A stretch of DNA of 63,674 nucleotides, filler included, from Globobulimina sp. (GCA_003354225.1; 56 parts of 56 records of this genome joined end to end with filler, not necessarily neighbours in it), one strand, 5' to 3'; numbered from the whole stretch's first letter, positions 34,180 through 47,071 are shown. Numbers and translations are program-made. The notes: a model not told the origin generated them from the letters alone.

Positions 34180-35218
34180 AACTATCTATGTAACAATAAT
34201 TATAACTTATCACATTCCAATTGGGAGGATACATGTTTATTTTATTATGATGCACATTTAGCATCGATACATAATGCTTCACAACTCCTCGAAGCACAAA
34301 CTACTGCTAATTATACTCATTTTGTATGGATTGGTGCTAGCGATACTGCAGAAGAGGGTACATGGCTATGGACTGACAATACAGCATTTGATTATGGTTT
34401 AAATTATTCACAACTTCCGTGGACCACTGGTGAACCAAATGATTCAGGAGGAGTAGAAGACTGTGTTGAACTAAGGGCCATATTTAATGGATTGTGGAAT
34501 GATGACTCTTGTTCGAAGTTAAAAAATGGATTATGCGCTTTTCCCATACCAACGCATGTAATCAATGACAAGTCGAGCTATGTACGTACACGACAGCAAC
34601 CAGGCTATATCGGAATGATTGACATTTTGGATGAAATATATATTGAGTTTTATATAACATTCACGTCCTGGCCAGCTGGTTGGGGGAATATACTACAATT
34701 TGGTGATAGTGACACACAGAAATATCCAGGAATATATATTAATGGAGTCACACATGTATGTACTTATTTGCATAATATATATAAAATATTAATACTGTAT
34801 ATTCATATTAAATAACAACAGAATGTCATGTCCAGTTTTGCCACAGTGACCACATCAAATCCAGAACAATCCACAACAACATCTGGTTATGCATTGAACA
34901 CTGAATATCATTATACTTTGAATCAAACGCAAAGAAGGTTAACAGTCACATTTGGTGCCGATTATGTGTATGATGACATATATGATTATACTGTGGAAGT
35001 TGCAGGCGTTGCTGTATCGCATCCCATTGTAATGAATCAGGCAATTAATTTAGGCAGTAATTGGGACGATGACTTTGGTGCTGCGATAAGAAATTTAGTA
35101 GTGACTACAGCAAATTCACCTGAGACAACATTCTGGTATTATATTTGCGATTGGGACGACAGGTGGACGACACGTATTGGTGGCACCTGGTCTTGGGCAG
35201 CTATTGGAAGCGGAATTG
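34180..35218 (+). CDS. C-type lectin + LamG-like protein, paralog of the 18520 gene, intron about 34756-34821
   Basis: LASIHN, VWIG..D...EGTW.WTD, EPND..EDCVE..WNDD.C, IDILDEIYIEF...ILQFGD..KYPGIYING. Confidence 0.85.
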
Positions 35219-35318
35219 NNNNNNNNNNNNNNNNNNNNNNNNNNNNNNNNNNNNNNNNNNNNTTAATTAATTAANNNNNNNNNNNNNNNNNNNNNNNNNN
35301 NNNNNNNNNNNNNNNNNN

Positions 35319-35869
35319 ATTTTGAAGCTCAGTCTTTTTGGTTGGAACAGAGCATATCAAGCATGTCAAACATCAAAAACGATATTGTATGGATTTCTGC
35401 AGTTCGCCAAGGTGTGGCTGATAGTCGCAAAACAAGAACAAGTCGCGATATAAATGGAGAGTTTATGGATGAAAAAGATGAAACCGATGCAAATGTATCG
35501 ATATCTGGACGTAGCGATAAAACGAAAAGCGATGAAAACAGTTTTATACACATACAAAACGAGAAATTGGTGAAAGAGAATAATAATTTAAAGAGCAAAA
35601 TGTTAGAAATGAATGGAGATATTCAAATATTAAACAAATTAGATATGGAAGAATTATGTCAATTGGAAGAAAGATTAGAAATAAGTTTAAGAATTGTACG
35701 TGAAGAAAGGGAGAAATATTATTCGTATTTTTGTATCCAATGTGAAGCAAAACAGAAATACGTACTATTCAATGGATGCAATTGTTGTACCTTATGCTCT
35801 CAATGTATTTTAGCAAAGAAAATGGAATATGGCACTTCCTGTCCACAATGTTTGCAAACTTTCTCATAA
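35319..35869 (+). CDS. Coiled-coil (K-box-like) + C-terminal RING-type protein
   Basis: LNKLDMEELCQLEERLEISL, then CIQC...VLFNGCNCCTLCSQC...CPQC. Confidence 0.7.
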
Positions 35870-36004
35870 GTAAATGTTTTATATTTCTGTCTCTTGCACG
35901 AATGTACGTAATTGGTGGGCCGGGTTTTTTTATTATTTTAATGAATTTAATTTTGCTTTCTCGGAAAAATAAAAACCATATCCGCCGTTAACAAACACTC
36001 AAAG

Positions 36005-36357
36005 TTATAATTTAGAATCATTTCGAGTCATATTTATCAACAACTTTCCAACAGATTTCCTTGATCCAATATCTCGAAAAGCTTGCCTCAAACCCTCTTC
36101 TTTCGAGGCATACACTTTCCCAATAATCGGATTCAAATGTCCTGTTTCATACATTTCCAATGCGCCAATAACAGACTCGGTATATTTCTCATAGTCTTTC
36201 ATTGCTGTGGCGCCCCACGAAATGCCTAAAACGTCAATATTTTTCAATAAAACTCTATTCGCTTTGATTCGCGGTATCTTCCCGCTTGTAAAGCCAATGA
36301 TGACTGCTTTACCAAACCAATTAATTGATTTTAAGCCTTGATTCCAGGCAGAACCAC
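36005..36357 (-). CDS. NADPH:quinone oxidoreductase (MDR family), C-terminus
   Basis: LKSINWFGKAVIIGFTSGKIPRIKANRVLLKNIDVLG...RKSVGKLLI. Confidence 0.85.
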
Positions 36358-36457
36358 NNNNNNNNNNNNNNNNNNNNNNNNNNNNNNNNNNNNNNNNNNN
36401 NTTAATTAATTAANNNNNNNNNNNNNNNNNNNNNNNNNNNNNNNNNNNNNNNNNNNN

Positions 36458-37496
36458 GTCTCATCTTTTCAATTTTTGTGGCTTCACACTTTTCCAATTT
36501 AGGTATTATCGCCACATTTTTATGAAAATCTGCGGCGCCACATAAATTGGAAAAGTGAGGCGCCACAAAAATTTGAAAAGTGCGACGCCGCAAAAATTGT
36601 ATTTTATAATCAAAACTATTCTTTTTGTCCAAAGTGTTTTGGAATTGCACTAATTTTAATTTATATTCCTTCAACTGCGTCACAATAATTTTCGATTTGT
36701 TTATTTTTTCATAACTCGCTGGGAAGCAATCCCAATAATGACGCACCAGTTCAGTCATTGGTTTCTGAAATACAGACAATTGCTCCAAAATCCTTTTATT
36801 TGCTTTAATTTCCCCTCTTTCCGCCGTATATATCATCAGTACATCTTTCTTATTTTCTGCCTCCTTTACATTATTCACTGCATTCCGTACTAAATTATTC
36901 TCCGTATTGCAAACAATAGTTTTCTCCACAAATTTGCTGGCAATTAAATTTTGTACCTGCAACTGTGCCAATTTCTTTTTTTTCTGTTCAACTAAACACA
37001 AATAATCATTCAACTGCTTCGCCACAAGATTTATATGCACCAAATCCCGATCCAACAGCAACAAATTATCGCCCCAATACACTGACTGATCGCCGATCTG
37101 CAGCTCTATAAATTTTTTGCTCGATTCAACTTTCAAATCTTTAAACTCCGTCTCCTCATTCAAACGCTCAATGCACTCCATCTCATCCACAACATCCCCA
37201 TCAATCTCCATATCATTCCTTTTCCTCTCATATTCATTCAACTCCATACAATATTTCCTCCTGTAATTAATCTTCGGCACATTAATCATTATCTCATCAA
37301 TGTTCTTCCTCTGCTTCTTATCCACCCTCTTATTACTCCTTTGATCCACTGATTGATACAGCAGCATTCGGCCATGTTTATTGACCAAACTGAACCAGTT
37401 TTGGATGTCCTCTCTGCGCATATTTTTATTTTCATCCACGCCCGGATCCTCAATCAGTTCCAGGAAGCTTTCCTGCGTCAAACTCAAATCAACCGA
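36458..37496 (-). CDS. Hypothetical protein, internal fragment
   Basis: ORF spans the whole contig; no motif recognised. Confidence 0.55.
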
Positions 37497-37839
37497 NNNN
37501 NNNNNNNNNNNNNNNNNNNNNNNNNNNNNNNNNNNNNNNNTTAATTAATTAANNNNNNNNNNNNNNNNNNNNNNNNNNNNNNNNNNNNNNNNNNNNTTTT
37601 CTATCTTTCTCTGAATATGAATATAAATAAGCTCCTTTTAACACCATCCATGTTCTTCTGAATTGCTTTAAATATTTTGATTGTTTGTCGAGATAACCTT
37701 GTTTGATGATGACAGGATCTGCCATCACTTGTTTCTAATTAATAAACTTGCTGCAAAGTTGGCAAACACAATGCACAATTGTGCAAAGGCTCAATTCAAA
37801 AAACTTCAAGATTTTTAATCTAAAATTCGTCTATAGATC

Positions 37840-38584
37840 ATGTCTCAATCAAGACACAACAAAAAAATAGCACGTGTGTTAAATAAAATCGGTCTTACAT
37901 CATCTACCAAAATAACGGATTCATTGCAAGGTTTGCAATTGTTATAATTCTATTTGCTGATCCATCATCAATCAAAATGTTACATATTCTCTATTAATAT
38001 TTAGGAACTATTTGGAGAGCATCATCAGAAAAAGAGCCAACCCGAACCTCAGTGGTTAAAGTAACAAACCAATATTTACATCAATGCCAAATGTCTGTCG
38101 TCAATGAGAAATCGTACCGAGTGAATGAGGATATTTTGGTGGAACAATCCATTTTAAAATACTTGACACAAAACGAAGAATGTCCTAATTCCATTGTCAA
38201 ATTCCAACGCTTTTTCAAAACGTATATATATCCCTTTCTTCTTTGACATATTTTGTTTGCATATGTTTGATGTGTACAGTAACTCTGATTATTATCTGTT
38301 AATGGAAGATGGCGGAGCGCCGTTATTCGATTTTGTGATGAAAGCACATAAATTGATATTGGAGGGCAAAATTGTTATATCTCATTGGCAAAAAGTAAGC
38401 AAAGTTATATTCAAACAAATGGTTGAATGTATTGCTTATATTCATAGTAAAAACGTTTGTCATTTTGACATTTCTTTGGAGAATTTCGTGATTAATGACG
38501 TTAAAATCGAAGTGTATGATATCGGGGAAACTGAAGCTCTCCGCTTCGATCTCTCCGACATTCAAATTAAATTATGTGACTTTG
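37840..38584 (+). CDS. Ser/Thr protein kinase, atypical (HFD catalytic loop), introns 37931-38004 and 38222-38279
   Basis: SLQG|TIW, VVK, EDILVE, YYLLMEDGG, VCHFDISLEN, IKLCDFG. Confidence 0.85.
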
Positions 38585-39075
38585 GTATGTTTCATAGAAT
38601 TATGCGTCATTTTGCAGGTTAACCATATTATTTTTNNNNNNNNNNNNNNNNNNNNNNNNNNNNNNNNNNNNNNNNNNNNTTAATTAATTAANNNNNNNNN
38701 NNNNNNNNNNNNNNNNNNNNNNNNNNNNNNNNNNNTATGATTCAAAACCTATCGGCGAGCACAATGTATCGCCGTCTGGACAGAAACAGAATATGTTGCC
38801 AGAGGATATTGATTTGGATTGGAGGAATTTTAGATTTTCAGCAGAGTATCAAAATCTGTTTGATTTGATTGGTAGTTTCAACGGTGATGCGAATTTGGAA
38901 AATAATCGAGAGTTTTATGATAAGTTGAGAGGGTTTTATAGGTTTTGGGGGAAAGATAGAGATAATGCTACACACAATACTTCGATGTTTGATTACGTGT
39001 GATCTGTTTACGGGGGGCAACAATGTTTTACATAATTAACTGTTTTTGATCCTACTCATCCTTTTAATCCTACTC

Positions 39076-39774
39076 ATGGCAGCCGCTGCTGGATACCAAG
39101 TTGGAGATAAAATTGTTGTAAAACCATCAAAAAAGGGTCAAATAATTGTGGTGGTCGATGGTGGCAAAGGAAATGCTAAACACTTTGCATTGGGTATGGT
39201 CATTTTATACATCATATTATTATATGGATATACAACATAACGAAATCACGTAGGGACATGGTATGGAGTTCGATTAACAGAGAAGAAAGGAACATGCGAT
39301 GGAAGATATAAGAACAAAGATCGTATGTTACATGGACACCAAACATGAATTACATAACAAATAAAATTATGATATAACAGCATATTTCTTTAAATGTCCA
39401 ATGGGTTTCGGCACATTTGTTCAATCAAAATTAATTATTAAAAAAATAGATGACGATAGCTTTAATTTTATGGCCGAAGAAAAAGAAATTGAGACTCAGA
39501 AAAAAAAAGAATCCGCAAAATATGATAAAGCAAAATCTAAAATATCCGCATTAAAAACCGCATTTAAGAAATTGGATTCTGACTCATCAGCAAAATTGGA
39601 GGAAAATGAGTTTGTTCGTTTAGCCGTTGAGCAGTTAGGATGTGATAACGATTCCGCTGTGAAATTATTCAAAAAAATAGATGTTTTTGGCAACGAAACC
39701 GTGTCTTTTGCAGAATTTGATTCTTGGTTAAAATCAGGAGGCGATTCAATTGTTAATACATTATTAGTTAAATA
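39076..39774 (+). CDS. CAP-Gly + EF-hand protein, two short introns
   Basis: VGDKI, HFALG|TWYGVRL..KKGTCDG, YFFKCPMGFGTFV; EF-hands DSDSSAKLEENEF and DVFGNETVSFAEF. Confidence 0.8.
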
Positions 39775-39874
39775 NNNNNNNNNNNNNNNNNNNNNNNNNN
39801 NNNNNNNNNNNNNNNNNNTTAATTAATTAANNNNNNNNNNNNNNNNNNNNNNNNNNNNNNNNNNNNNNNNNNNN

Positions 39875-40266
39875 ACATAAATAACTCCAAATGACTTTAC
39901 TTTGGTAGTTTATGAATATTTTGATTCATTTGGTTCGATTTGAGTGTATTTAATAGGTTGTGAATAACACCATGCTTACAGCAGAGAGAAAGTAAGTTTT
40001 TCCAGTAATTTGTTTCAGAAGAAAGCATGGCGTGGTAACTGTTTATTATTTGCCTTAGTAATTGGATATTTATGCGTGTTGAATCTCAAACACGCGAAAA
40101 AAATGCGATTCAATATGGATTGCAATGAATTGTATCAATCACAAATCTCAAGAAATCCAACATATTATTGTTGTTATTCACAACCTATTAAATACACTCA
40201 AATCGAACCAAATGAATCAAAATATTCATAAACTAACAAAGTAAAGTCATTTGGAGTTATTTATGT
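39875..40266. repeat. About 93-bp inverted repeat starting at the contig edge
   Basis: 39875-39968 is the near-perfect reverse complement of 40173-40266. Confidence 0.9.
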
Positions 40267-41013
40267 GAAAATATCATATTTGTCGAGTTACAATGCGTTA
40301 CATTGGGTGCAAGGATCAATATCATCGGATTTTTGGGAATTTGATTCATTAACAAACTACAAGTTTAAGCTCCAATTTTATGGATAAAATATCAATTTAC
40401 AATCGATTTACATCATTTTATAACATTTAAACATGTATTTATTATGGCACAAACATTCACATTATCACAATCTACGATTTGCCATTTAAAGCAAATTTGC
40501 TACTATGATATGCTATTGATCACACCAGAAAGGGAAATAGAGATAGAACTAAGCTGTAAAGATGAAAATGCAGCATTTTTATTCACGATTATGGCCCATC
40601 AATCAGTCGATGCATATTGACAAGATTTAGCATCACAAAATAGACTTGAAGTAAAAACAGTTTTTTTTTGACACTCGAAAATCAGCATGGTCACAATGGT
40701 TGTTCTTCTTTGTTTAAGGTAGTTGTGTACTTAGTGTTGAGTGATTCAAAATATTTTCCGTAAACATTTGTGTTGACTCATCGTATGATTGTCGTACGTG
40801 CGTATTGATTATCATATTTGAGTTTGAGAAAATAATAAAATGTAGACATTCGTTGCTAAAGCAGCTAAAAACTGTCTGCTTTGGTGTGCGTTATTCAATC
40901 ATGGAGCAGCGTANNNNNNNNNNNNNNNNNNNNNNNNNNNNNNNNNNNNNNNNNNNNTTAATTAATTAANNNNNNNNNNNNNNNNNNNNNNNNNNNNNNN
41001 NNNNNNNNNNNNN

Positions 41014-41707
41014 AAGAGGCCTGAAAGTGTTATGTGTGCTGAGGAATCCGTACAAGAGATATCGTTCTTGGTTTTCGCAGAACTGTGCAGGGCTCAAACA
41101 TTCGACAGCAAAGGAACAATTTTGGAGCGTTTTCAATCAGACTGCTATAAAAGTGGTGGATGAAGTTATGGCAAACGTCTATGCGAGAAAGTTCCGCGAT
41201 ATGATTGTTGCGAGAAACGATGAATTTGATGACAGCCAAATCATTTTGGAATGGTTTAAATGGTATTATGGTGTGATGGGATATGCGCTGCATAAGTTTG
41301 AACATGGCTTCTTTGCCAGTTTGTATTATCCGCAGTTGTTAGTTTATATTCATTTCTATCAACAACTTGGTTTATTGGATGGAGATCGCAGAATGTTTAA
41401 AGTGATTTCGTTTGATTATGTGATTGGAAATGGAGACGAAGCATTGCATTTGATTCAGTGTTGGGTAAGGTTTGGATTGGATGATTTGGAAACGTGTTTA
41501 CAAGCCGATAAATTGCCGAATACGCATCGAGGGAATGTGTCTGCGCTCAGAAAATTAAATTCAAAGGCTTTACGATTTCCGGATGCTGCCAAGAATAAAT
41601 TGATACAATATTTTGAGCCGATAAAGGTGAAAGTGGATCAATTGTTGTATAAATATGGCAATGTTATTTTAGGAGAGTTTGATGGATTGCAGTCTTTGTT
41701 GCACTGA
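41014..41707 (+). CDS. Sulfotransferase-family protein, C-terminal part
   Basis: KVLCVLRNPYKRYRSW (3'-PB motif), SLYYPQL, LIQYFEP...LL. Confidence 0.7.
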
Positions 41708-42784
41708 ATAGCTGCAGTACGCAACTTGACTTTCTTTGATTCAAACCAGCTTAAATGGTAATAGCATGAGGTAAAAAAACAACAGGTTTAAAATAAGTGC
41801 GTTACATCGTCTGGGATGTCGTCCTAAAACTTTTTCCTGAATTAAGGGTTGGATTCCTTGGGAAATAACACCTTTCATCATCCCTGACAACTTTAATTTT
41901 TGCTCGTTATCACCATTTCCCAGTGAATGGTATATGGTGACTAGCTCATTTCAAGAAAACTTCAATATCTAAGATCACACGAGTTAGACTTGAGATAAAA
42001 AATGAAATCCTCCAAAATGAAGGGGGTGGGAGGTGGCAATTTACAGTTAACGNNNNNNNNNNNNNNNNNNNNNNNNNNNNNNNNNNNNNNNNNNNNTTAA
42101 TTAATTAANNNNNNNNNNNNNNNNNNNNNNNNNNNNNNNNNNNNNNNNNNNNTTACATTTCCATTGTTTACCAGTCAATGTATTATGCTCTGTACAATTT
42201 GCGTTCTCCCAATCCAAAATACATACTTTTCTTCGATTTTCTACGTTTTTTAACAAATAAGCACGAGGATGCTCACAGCGTATATATTCAACCGGTATCC
42301 CACTATATTTACTGCATAGGTATAATATGATAATTAAATAGCAACACAATGCAATACACAGTCCACTTCAATGCATTTGGAGCATGGCTGCATGTCATAG
42401 CATAAAACAACTGATCGGATTCGAAAGTAATGGCAAACAGCAACATGCAGCCATGTGCAGCCATGTTAAAAGTAAAAAAACAGTGAAGTTGAAATGCAAA
42501 GTTGCAAACTGAAAAAAAAAGATGAATTAGAACAGGTGCGAATAGAATAAATACCTTAATTCCAATCTCAACTCAGATTTTATTTTGGTTTTCTTGTCAA
42601 ACGCAAATTCAATCTGTTGCCCGAAATCCATTCTTTCCGGATACCATCTCGCAATGTATAATAATATTTTGTCTTTGGTAAAACTCTCATTCGCAGTCGC
42701 GGTTTTTTGGCAACATATTTGCGTATAATCTTTGATGGATCTCTTTAAATTTGCGCCCAAAGCCAAATAATGAGCACATTTTGG

Positions 42785-42879
42785 AAAATAACAAAGAACA
42801 AAGAAATTTAACAAAAAATTATAACAAAGTGTAGCCACTAGCCAGTTCTCTGCAAATCAACCTCCTGTAGTTGCTCTTG
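42785..42879 (+). repeat. Dispersed repeat C, copy 1
   Basis: AACAAAGAACAAA...GCCAGTTCTC.GCAAATCA..CTCCTGTAGT...TCTTG, shared with 52723-52817. Confidence 0.6.
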
Positions 42880-43290
42880 TAATTGATGACACCTAGGTCC
42901 TAGGTATCAATTCCAATTACGTAATACTAGAACATTCCCTTATTGCAAACAGAAAATACCAAACAGAAATCTATTATATTATTGTTTTTATATATATATT
43001 AAAAATTAAAATGTCCATTAGATTGCAGCTGTTATGATTATGATCAGTCTATTTCCGCAAATCAAATCTATTCATAGAGAACTAACAACAATTTAAAAAC
43101 TCAAATCAAGAAAAAATCAAAAATCCAAATTCCGAGTATCTGAGCAAATTAGATTACCAATCATAAAATGCACAAATTAATACAGATTTTNNNNNNNNNN
43201 NNNNNNNNNNNNNNNNNNNNNNNNNNNNNNNNNNTTAATTAATTAANNNNNNNNNNNNNNNNNNNNNNNNNNNNNNNNNNNNNNNNNNNN

Positions 43291-43932
43291 AAAGAATCGG
43301 ATGGTACTGCTGTTCAGGGTGTATCTGGAGATTCAAACGGTTCAATGAAGACAAGTGCGAACAAAGGCGGTGGTGGTGGTGGGATAGGAAGTGGTATGTG
43401 TGGCGGTGGCGGAGGATATGGAACTAATGGAAGTGAGGCAGAACCAAATCGTCATGGTGGTGGTAATAATCCGGGAGGAAAAGGCGGAGATATTTATGGA
43501 GATGCAAAGCTTAGCGAATTGCTTTTAGGTTCTGGAGGTGGCTCTGGCCATCCATTTTATTTTGTTGATGGTAAAGTAGGTGGAAATGGCGGCGGTGTCA
43601 TTTTTATAACAACCACCAAACTGTTAATTGAAAACAATGGATCACTTACTTCAAATGGACAGAATGCGCCATCTGTTAATAATGGACAGCGTGTATCAGG
43701 AGGAGGAGGAGGAAGTGGTGGTAGCATTTATATCAAATGTAAGGAATTAATTAATAATGGAAATATATCTGCCATTGGAGGGAAAGGAGCACCAAAAGGA
43801 AATGAAGCCAACCAACCAGGAATATGTAGTGATGGTGGTGATGGTGGATATGGGAGAATAAGGATAGACACCGGGAATCTGAATAAAGTTGGCAATGTAG
43901 TACCAAATGTTGGATACACTGCAAACTATTAA
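43291..43932 (+). CDS. Glycine-rich repeat protein, C-terminus
   Basis: GGGGGYGT.G, YGD..L..L.LGSGGGSG, GGGGGSGGSIYI, GGDGGYGRIRID. Confidence 0.8.
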   Translation, partial: KESDGTAVQGVSGDSNGSMKTSANKGGGGGGIGSGMCGGGGGYGTNGSEAEPNRHGGGNNPGGKGGDIYGDAKLSELLLGSGGGSGHPFYFVDGKVGGNGGGVIFITTTKLLIENNGSLTSNGQNAPSVNNGQRVSGGGGGSGGSIYIKCKELINNGNISAIGGKGAPKGNEANQPGICSDGGDGGYGRIRIDTGNLNKVGNVVPNVGYTANY

Positions 43933-44793
43933 ACTTTCTGTACACAGTTAATTATAGTAATTTATTAAATTCATTTTCAAGTTTTTGAAAACTTGGCTTG
44001 CTTTGTGTTCCGGCGGAAAGTCAAGTCACACACAAAACCCAAGCAAGTTACGCTCAATATTTTTATTTTAATGAGGATTGATAATAATTTAATTATTTTC
44101 GAGTTTATTCCCTTTTTCATTAACTTGTTTCTTTTGTTTGTTTCTCTTTTGTGTTGTGTGAGTGTGACCGTCTTAGTGATAAACTGTTTCACGACAATCT
44201 TATGATTATTTATTAAGTTAATGTCGGAGCACATTTTGTGCCTTTTTGGGAAAAAAAAAAGCTTTCAATGAAATTGCGGACAAACTTGCGTTTATAGGCC
44301 GAACGCACCCTCATAATACCCTCACTATNNNNNNNNNNNNNNNNNNNNNNNNNNNNNNNNNNNNNNNNNNNNTTAATTAATTAANNNNNNNNNNNNNNNN
44401 NNNNNNNNNNNNNNNNNNNNNNNNNNNNACATCCGCTGATTTATCAGCATGTATTTATTGACCAAGTATCGAGCAAACATATCCAACAAAATGTAATCAA
44501 GCAACAGGAGCCGCAGCCGCAAGCAATGAAGGCATCGGTGGAGTTATCGCCTCTAAAACACGGACGTACTAGCAATGGCACACAGAATTCTGCATCGTTG
44601 AAAGAATAATAATTATATATGGAATTTAAATTTATTTTTGTTTTTGTACATATATTATTAAATCGTTTTTTGTTTGTTTCTCACATCCTTGTATTTGATT
44701 AATGTTATCCTTGTACACTACTGAGTAATGCTAGTCACATTGAGTACAGTAAAATATTTTCACAATTTCCATTGAAATTGGACATTATACATT

Positions 44794-44932
44794 CATACTT
44801 TAGAATAGGACGTGTTTAGAATACCGCGTGTTTAAACAATTTAAAATCCTATGAAGATTTACATACAGTGCTAGGATAAAGTATACAATTTCAAAAGAAA
44901 AGTGTTCTAAACATGCCCTATTCTAAAGTATG
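44794..44932. mobile_element. MITE-like element with 28-bp TIRs
   Basis: CATACTTTAGAATAGGACGTGTTTAGAA versus the reverse complement of 44905-44932 (2 mismatches). Confidence 0.7.
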
Positions 44933-44953
44933 TTGGATTAATTAGATCATTGG

Positions 44954-45163
44954 TTATGGGTTGGATGATGACACATTACTGATTACTCCCTCAAACTCCA
45001 TTGGCAGTTCATCTACTTTTATATCATAAAATGTTTCAATATCTCTTAAATTTTCTTCATCCGTATCTGCAGCAAAATTAATAACAATCGTTTTGTGACA
45101 AATATCCGCATCAGTTTTCGTCTAAACTCTGCCAATATAATTCTCTCGATCTATTGGTAACTC
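44954..45163 (-). pseudogene. eIF4A-like DEAD-box helicase C-terminal remnant
   Basis: ELPIDRENYIGRV*...VINF...LRDIETFYDIKVDELP; motif VI (HRIGR) destroyed and an in-frame TAG. Confidence 0.7.
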
Positions 45164-45571
45164 CTAATTATTATGCTTATTGCATTAATGTGCAAAACAA
45201 ATGATACTTGGTGATATAAGATAACTTTTAGCCACCATTCACGTGGTAAAGTTTATTTTTGCTCATTCCTTCAGGATGTTGAGATACAAAGTTTTTTAGT
45301 CTCAGTCAACTAGAAAATCTAAATTCAAGCATAAGATCATGGCGAACCCAATTTTTTGGATGATTATGGTATTTTGGATTATTGCAACATCGTACAGTGA
45401 CACAAACGGGTCACCAATGGATTCATTCAAGCTACAACGACACCGCAAAATGGACATCAATATCAANNNNNNNNNNNNNNNNNNNNNNNNNNNNNNNNNN
45501 NNNNNNNNNNTTAATTAATTAANNNNNNNNNNNNNNNNNNNNNNNNNNNNNNNNNNNNNNNNNNNNTAAAA

Positions 45572-46174
45572 ATGCAGGAAGTGATAAATGCAATGAATGA
45601 TTCAAAAGAGCCAGATATCAAACAAAATGATGCTGAGCAGAATGTAAAATATCACGCAAAATTTTCTTCAAAATATATTGGAAATACTGCAACAATGATA
45701 ACTCCAACTAAAATGCAAATAAAATCAGGATATCAGTCAGCAAGATTTGATTTAGCATTGCCAGCATATAAAGAATCACCAAAAATTACAGAGTGGAAAG
45801 TTCAATTTCTTGATGGAAAGGACGGCATTGCCTTCTTATCTCATCCGTATTATTTTTTTGGTGTTGTATCAGAGAGCTGCACTGATTTTAATACCGTAGC
45901 ATATAATGGCTTAAAAGAAGCATATGGTATTTCTGTCGGTGGTAGTAGTTATAACTATGTATGGAAAGGAAGTGGATTAAAACAGGATCCAAATTTCAAA
46001 GCATCAATAAATTTTAAAGATGTTGTCAAAATGCAATATGATTCATTTGCATCAAAATTATTATTCATTAAAAATAATGAACAAATATATCAGTTGGACT
46101 TACCAACAAATAAAGTGTGGTATCCTGCTGTGTCTTGGTTAAATTCAGCTCTTTATTGTCAGATTGTTGATTAA
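45572..46174 (+). CDS. SPRY/B30.2-like domain protein, C-terminus
   Basis: WKVQF...FFGVVS...AYGI...DVVKMQYD...LLFIKN...WYPAVS. Confidence 0.7.
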   Translation: MQEVINAMNDSKEPDIKQNDAEQNVKYHAKFSSKYIGNTATMITPTKMQIKSGYQSARFDLALPAYKESPKITEWKVQFLDGKDGIAFLSHPYYFFGVVSESCTDFNTVAYNGLKEAYGISVGGSSYNYVWKGSGLKQDPNFKASINFKDVVKMQYDSFASKLLFIKNNEQIYQLDLPTNKVWYPAVSWLNSALYCQIVD

Positions 46175-46381
46175 TTAAAATACGCCCATATTTCACCACA
46201 TGTAAGGAACTGACCTTTTATCCTAAATCCTCTTGATTTATTGTATCTAACTTATTAGGTACTCATTACTTTAAAACTTTACTAAAAAAACCCTTAGTTC
46301 AACCCTAGAACCAGGCTCGACCTACTACATTTGGTGCTCATTAGAGTTTTTGCTTTTAGTTCATTTAATGAATCAACATTT

Positions 46382-46530
46382 AAAGAGCATCAGGTTTTCA
46401 GCGTCAGATTTTTATTGTTTCTGAGAAACGAAGGCAAACCTATATTATTTTTACCTTTATCAGTCACCAGAAACGGTTTGCTTGCACCTTACCCCAATAA
46501 AAATCTGACGCTGAAGACCGGACGCTCTTT
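46382..46530. mobile_element. MITE family A, complete copy (149 bp)
   Basis: TIRs AAAGAGCATCAGGTTTTCAGCGTCAGATTTTTATTG / CAATAAAAATCTGACGCTGAAGACCGGACGCTCTTT. Confidence 0.85.
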
Positions 46531-46705
46531 TCTATTTTCACTAACATTTGACTGCTTCACTCTCTAAGTAACAATGTGCGGTCAATGGCACCTAATATTA
46601 TATANNNNNNNNNNNNNNNNNNNNNNNNNNNNNNNNNNNNNNNNNNNNTTAATTAATTAANNNNNNNNNNNNNNNNNNNNNNNNNNNNNNNNNNNNNNNN
46701 NNNNT

Positions 46706-47071
46706 ACCCATTTACAATACAGAGGAAATAAAACAGTTAAAATCAAACAATTAAATCAAGTAAAAACATTTTTGAAACAATTTAAACGCAAACAAACAAA
46801 TCTAAAAGTTATAATATTTGGTGATTTTAATTGCGAGATGGCAAATTTAACAAAATCGGATGGAAATAATGCATACCTTGACGTGACACAATATTTAGGC
46901 GAAAATTATCAAAAAGTAAATGGTTTTTCATCAACCACACGATTTGGAGATAAATGTATTGACCATATTTTTGTTAATCATAAAATTACAAAATTTAAGG
47001 AAACTGTTGGTGGGAAAAAAGAAAATTTATCTGATCATTATTGTGTTATCAATGATTTTTATTCTCATTGA
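46706..47071 (+). CDS. Endonuclease/exonuclease/phosphatase family, C-terminus
   Basis: THL, VIIFGDFN, IDHIFV, SDH. Confidence 0.85.
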   Translation, partial: THLQYRGNKTVKIKQLNQVKTFLKQFKRKQTNLKVIIFGDFNCEMANLTKSDGNNAYLDVTQYLGENYQKVNGFSSTTRFGDKCIDHIFVNHKITKFKETVGGKKENLSDHYCVINDFYSH

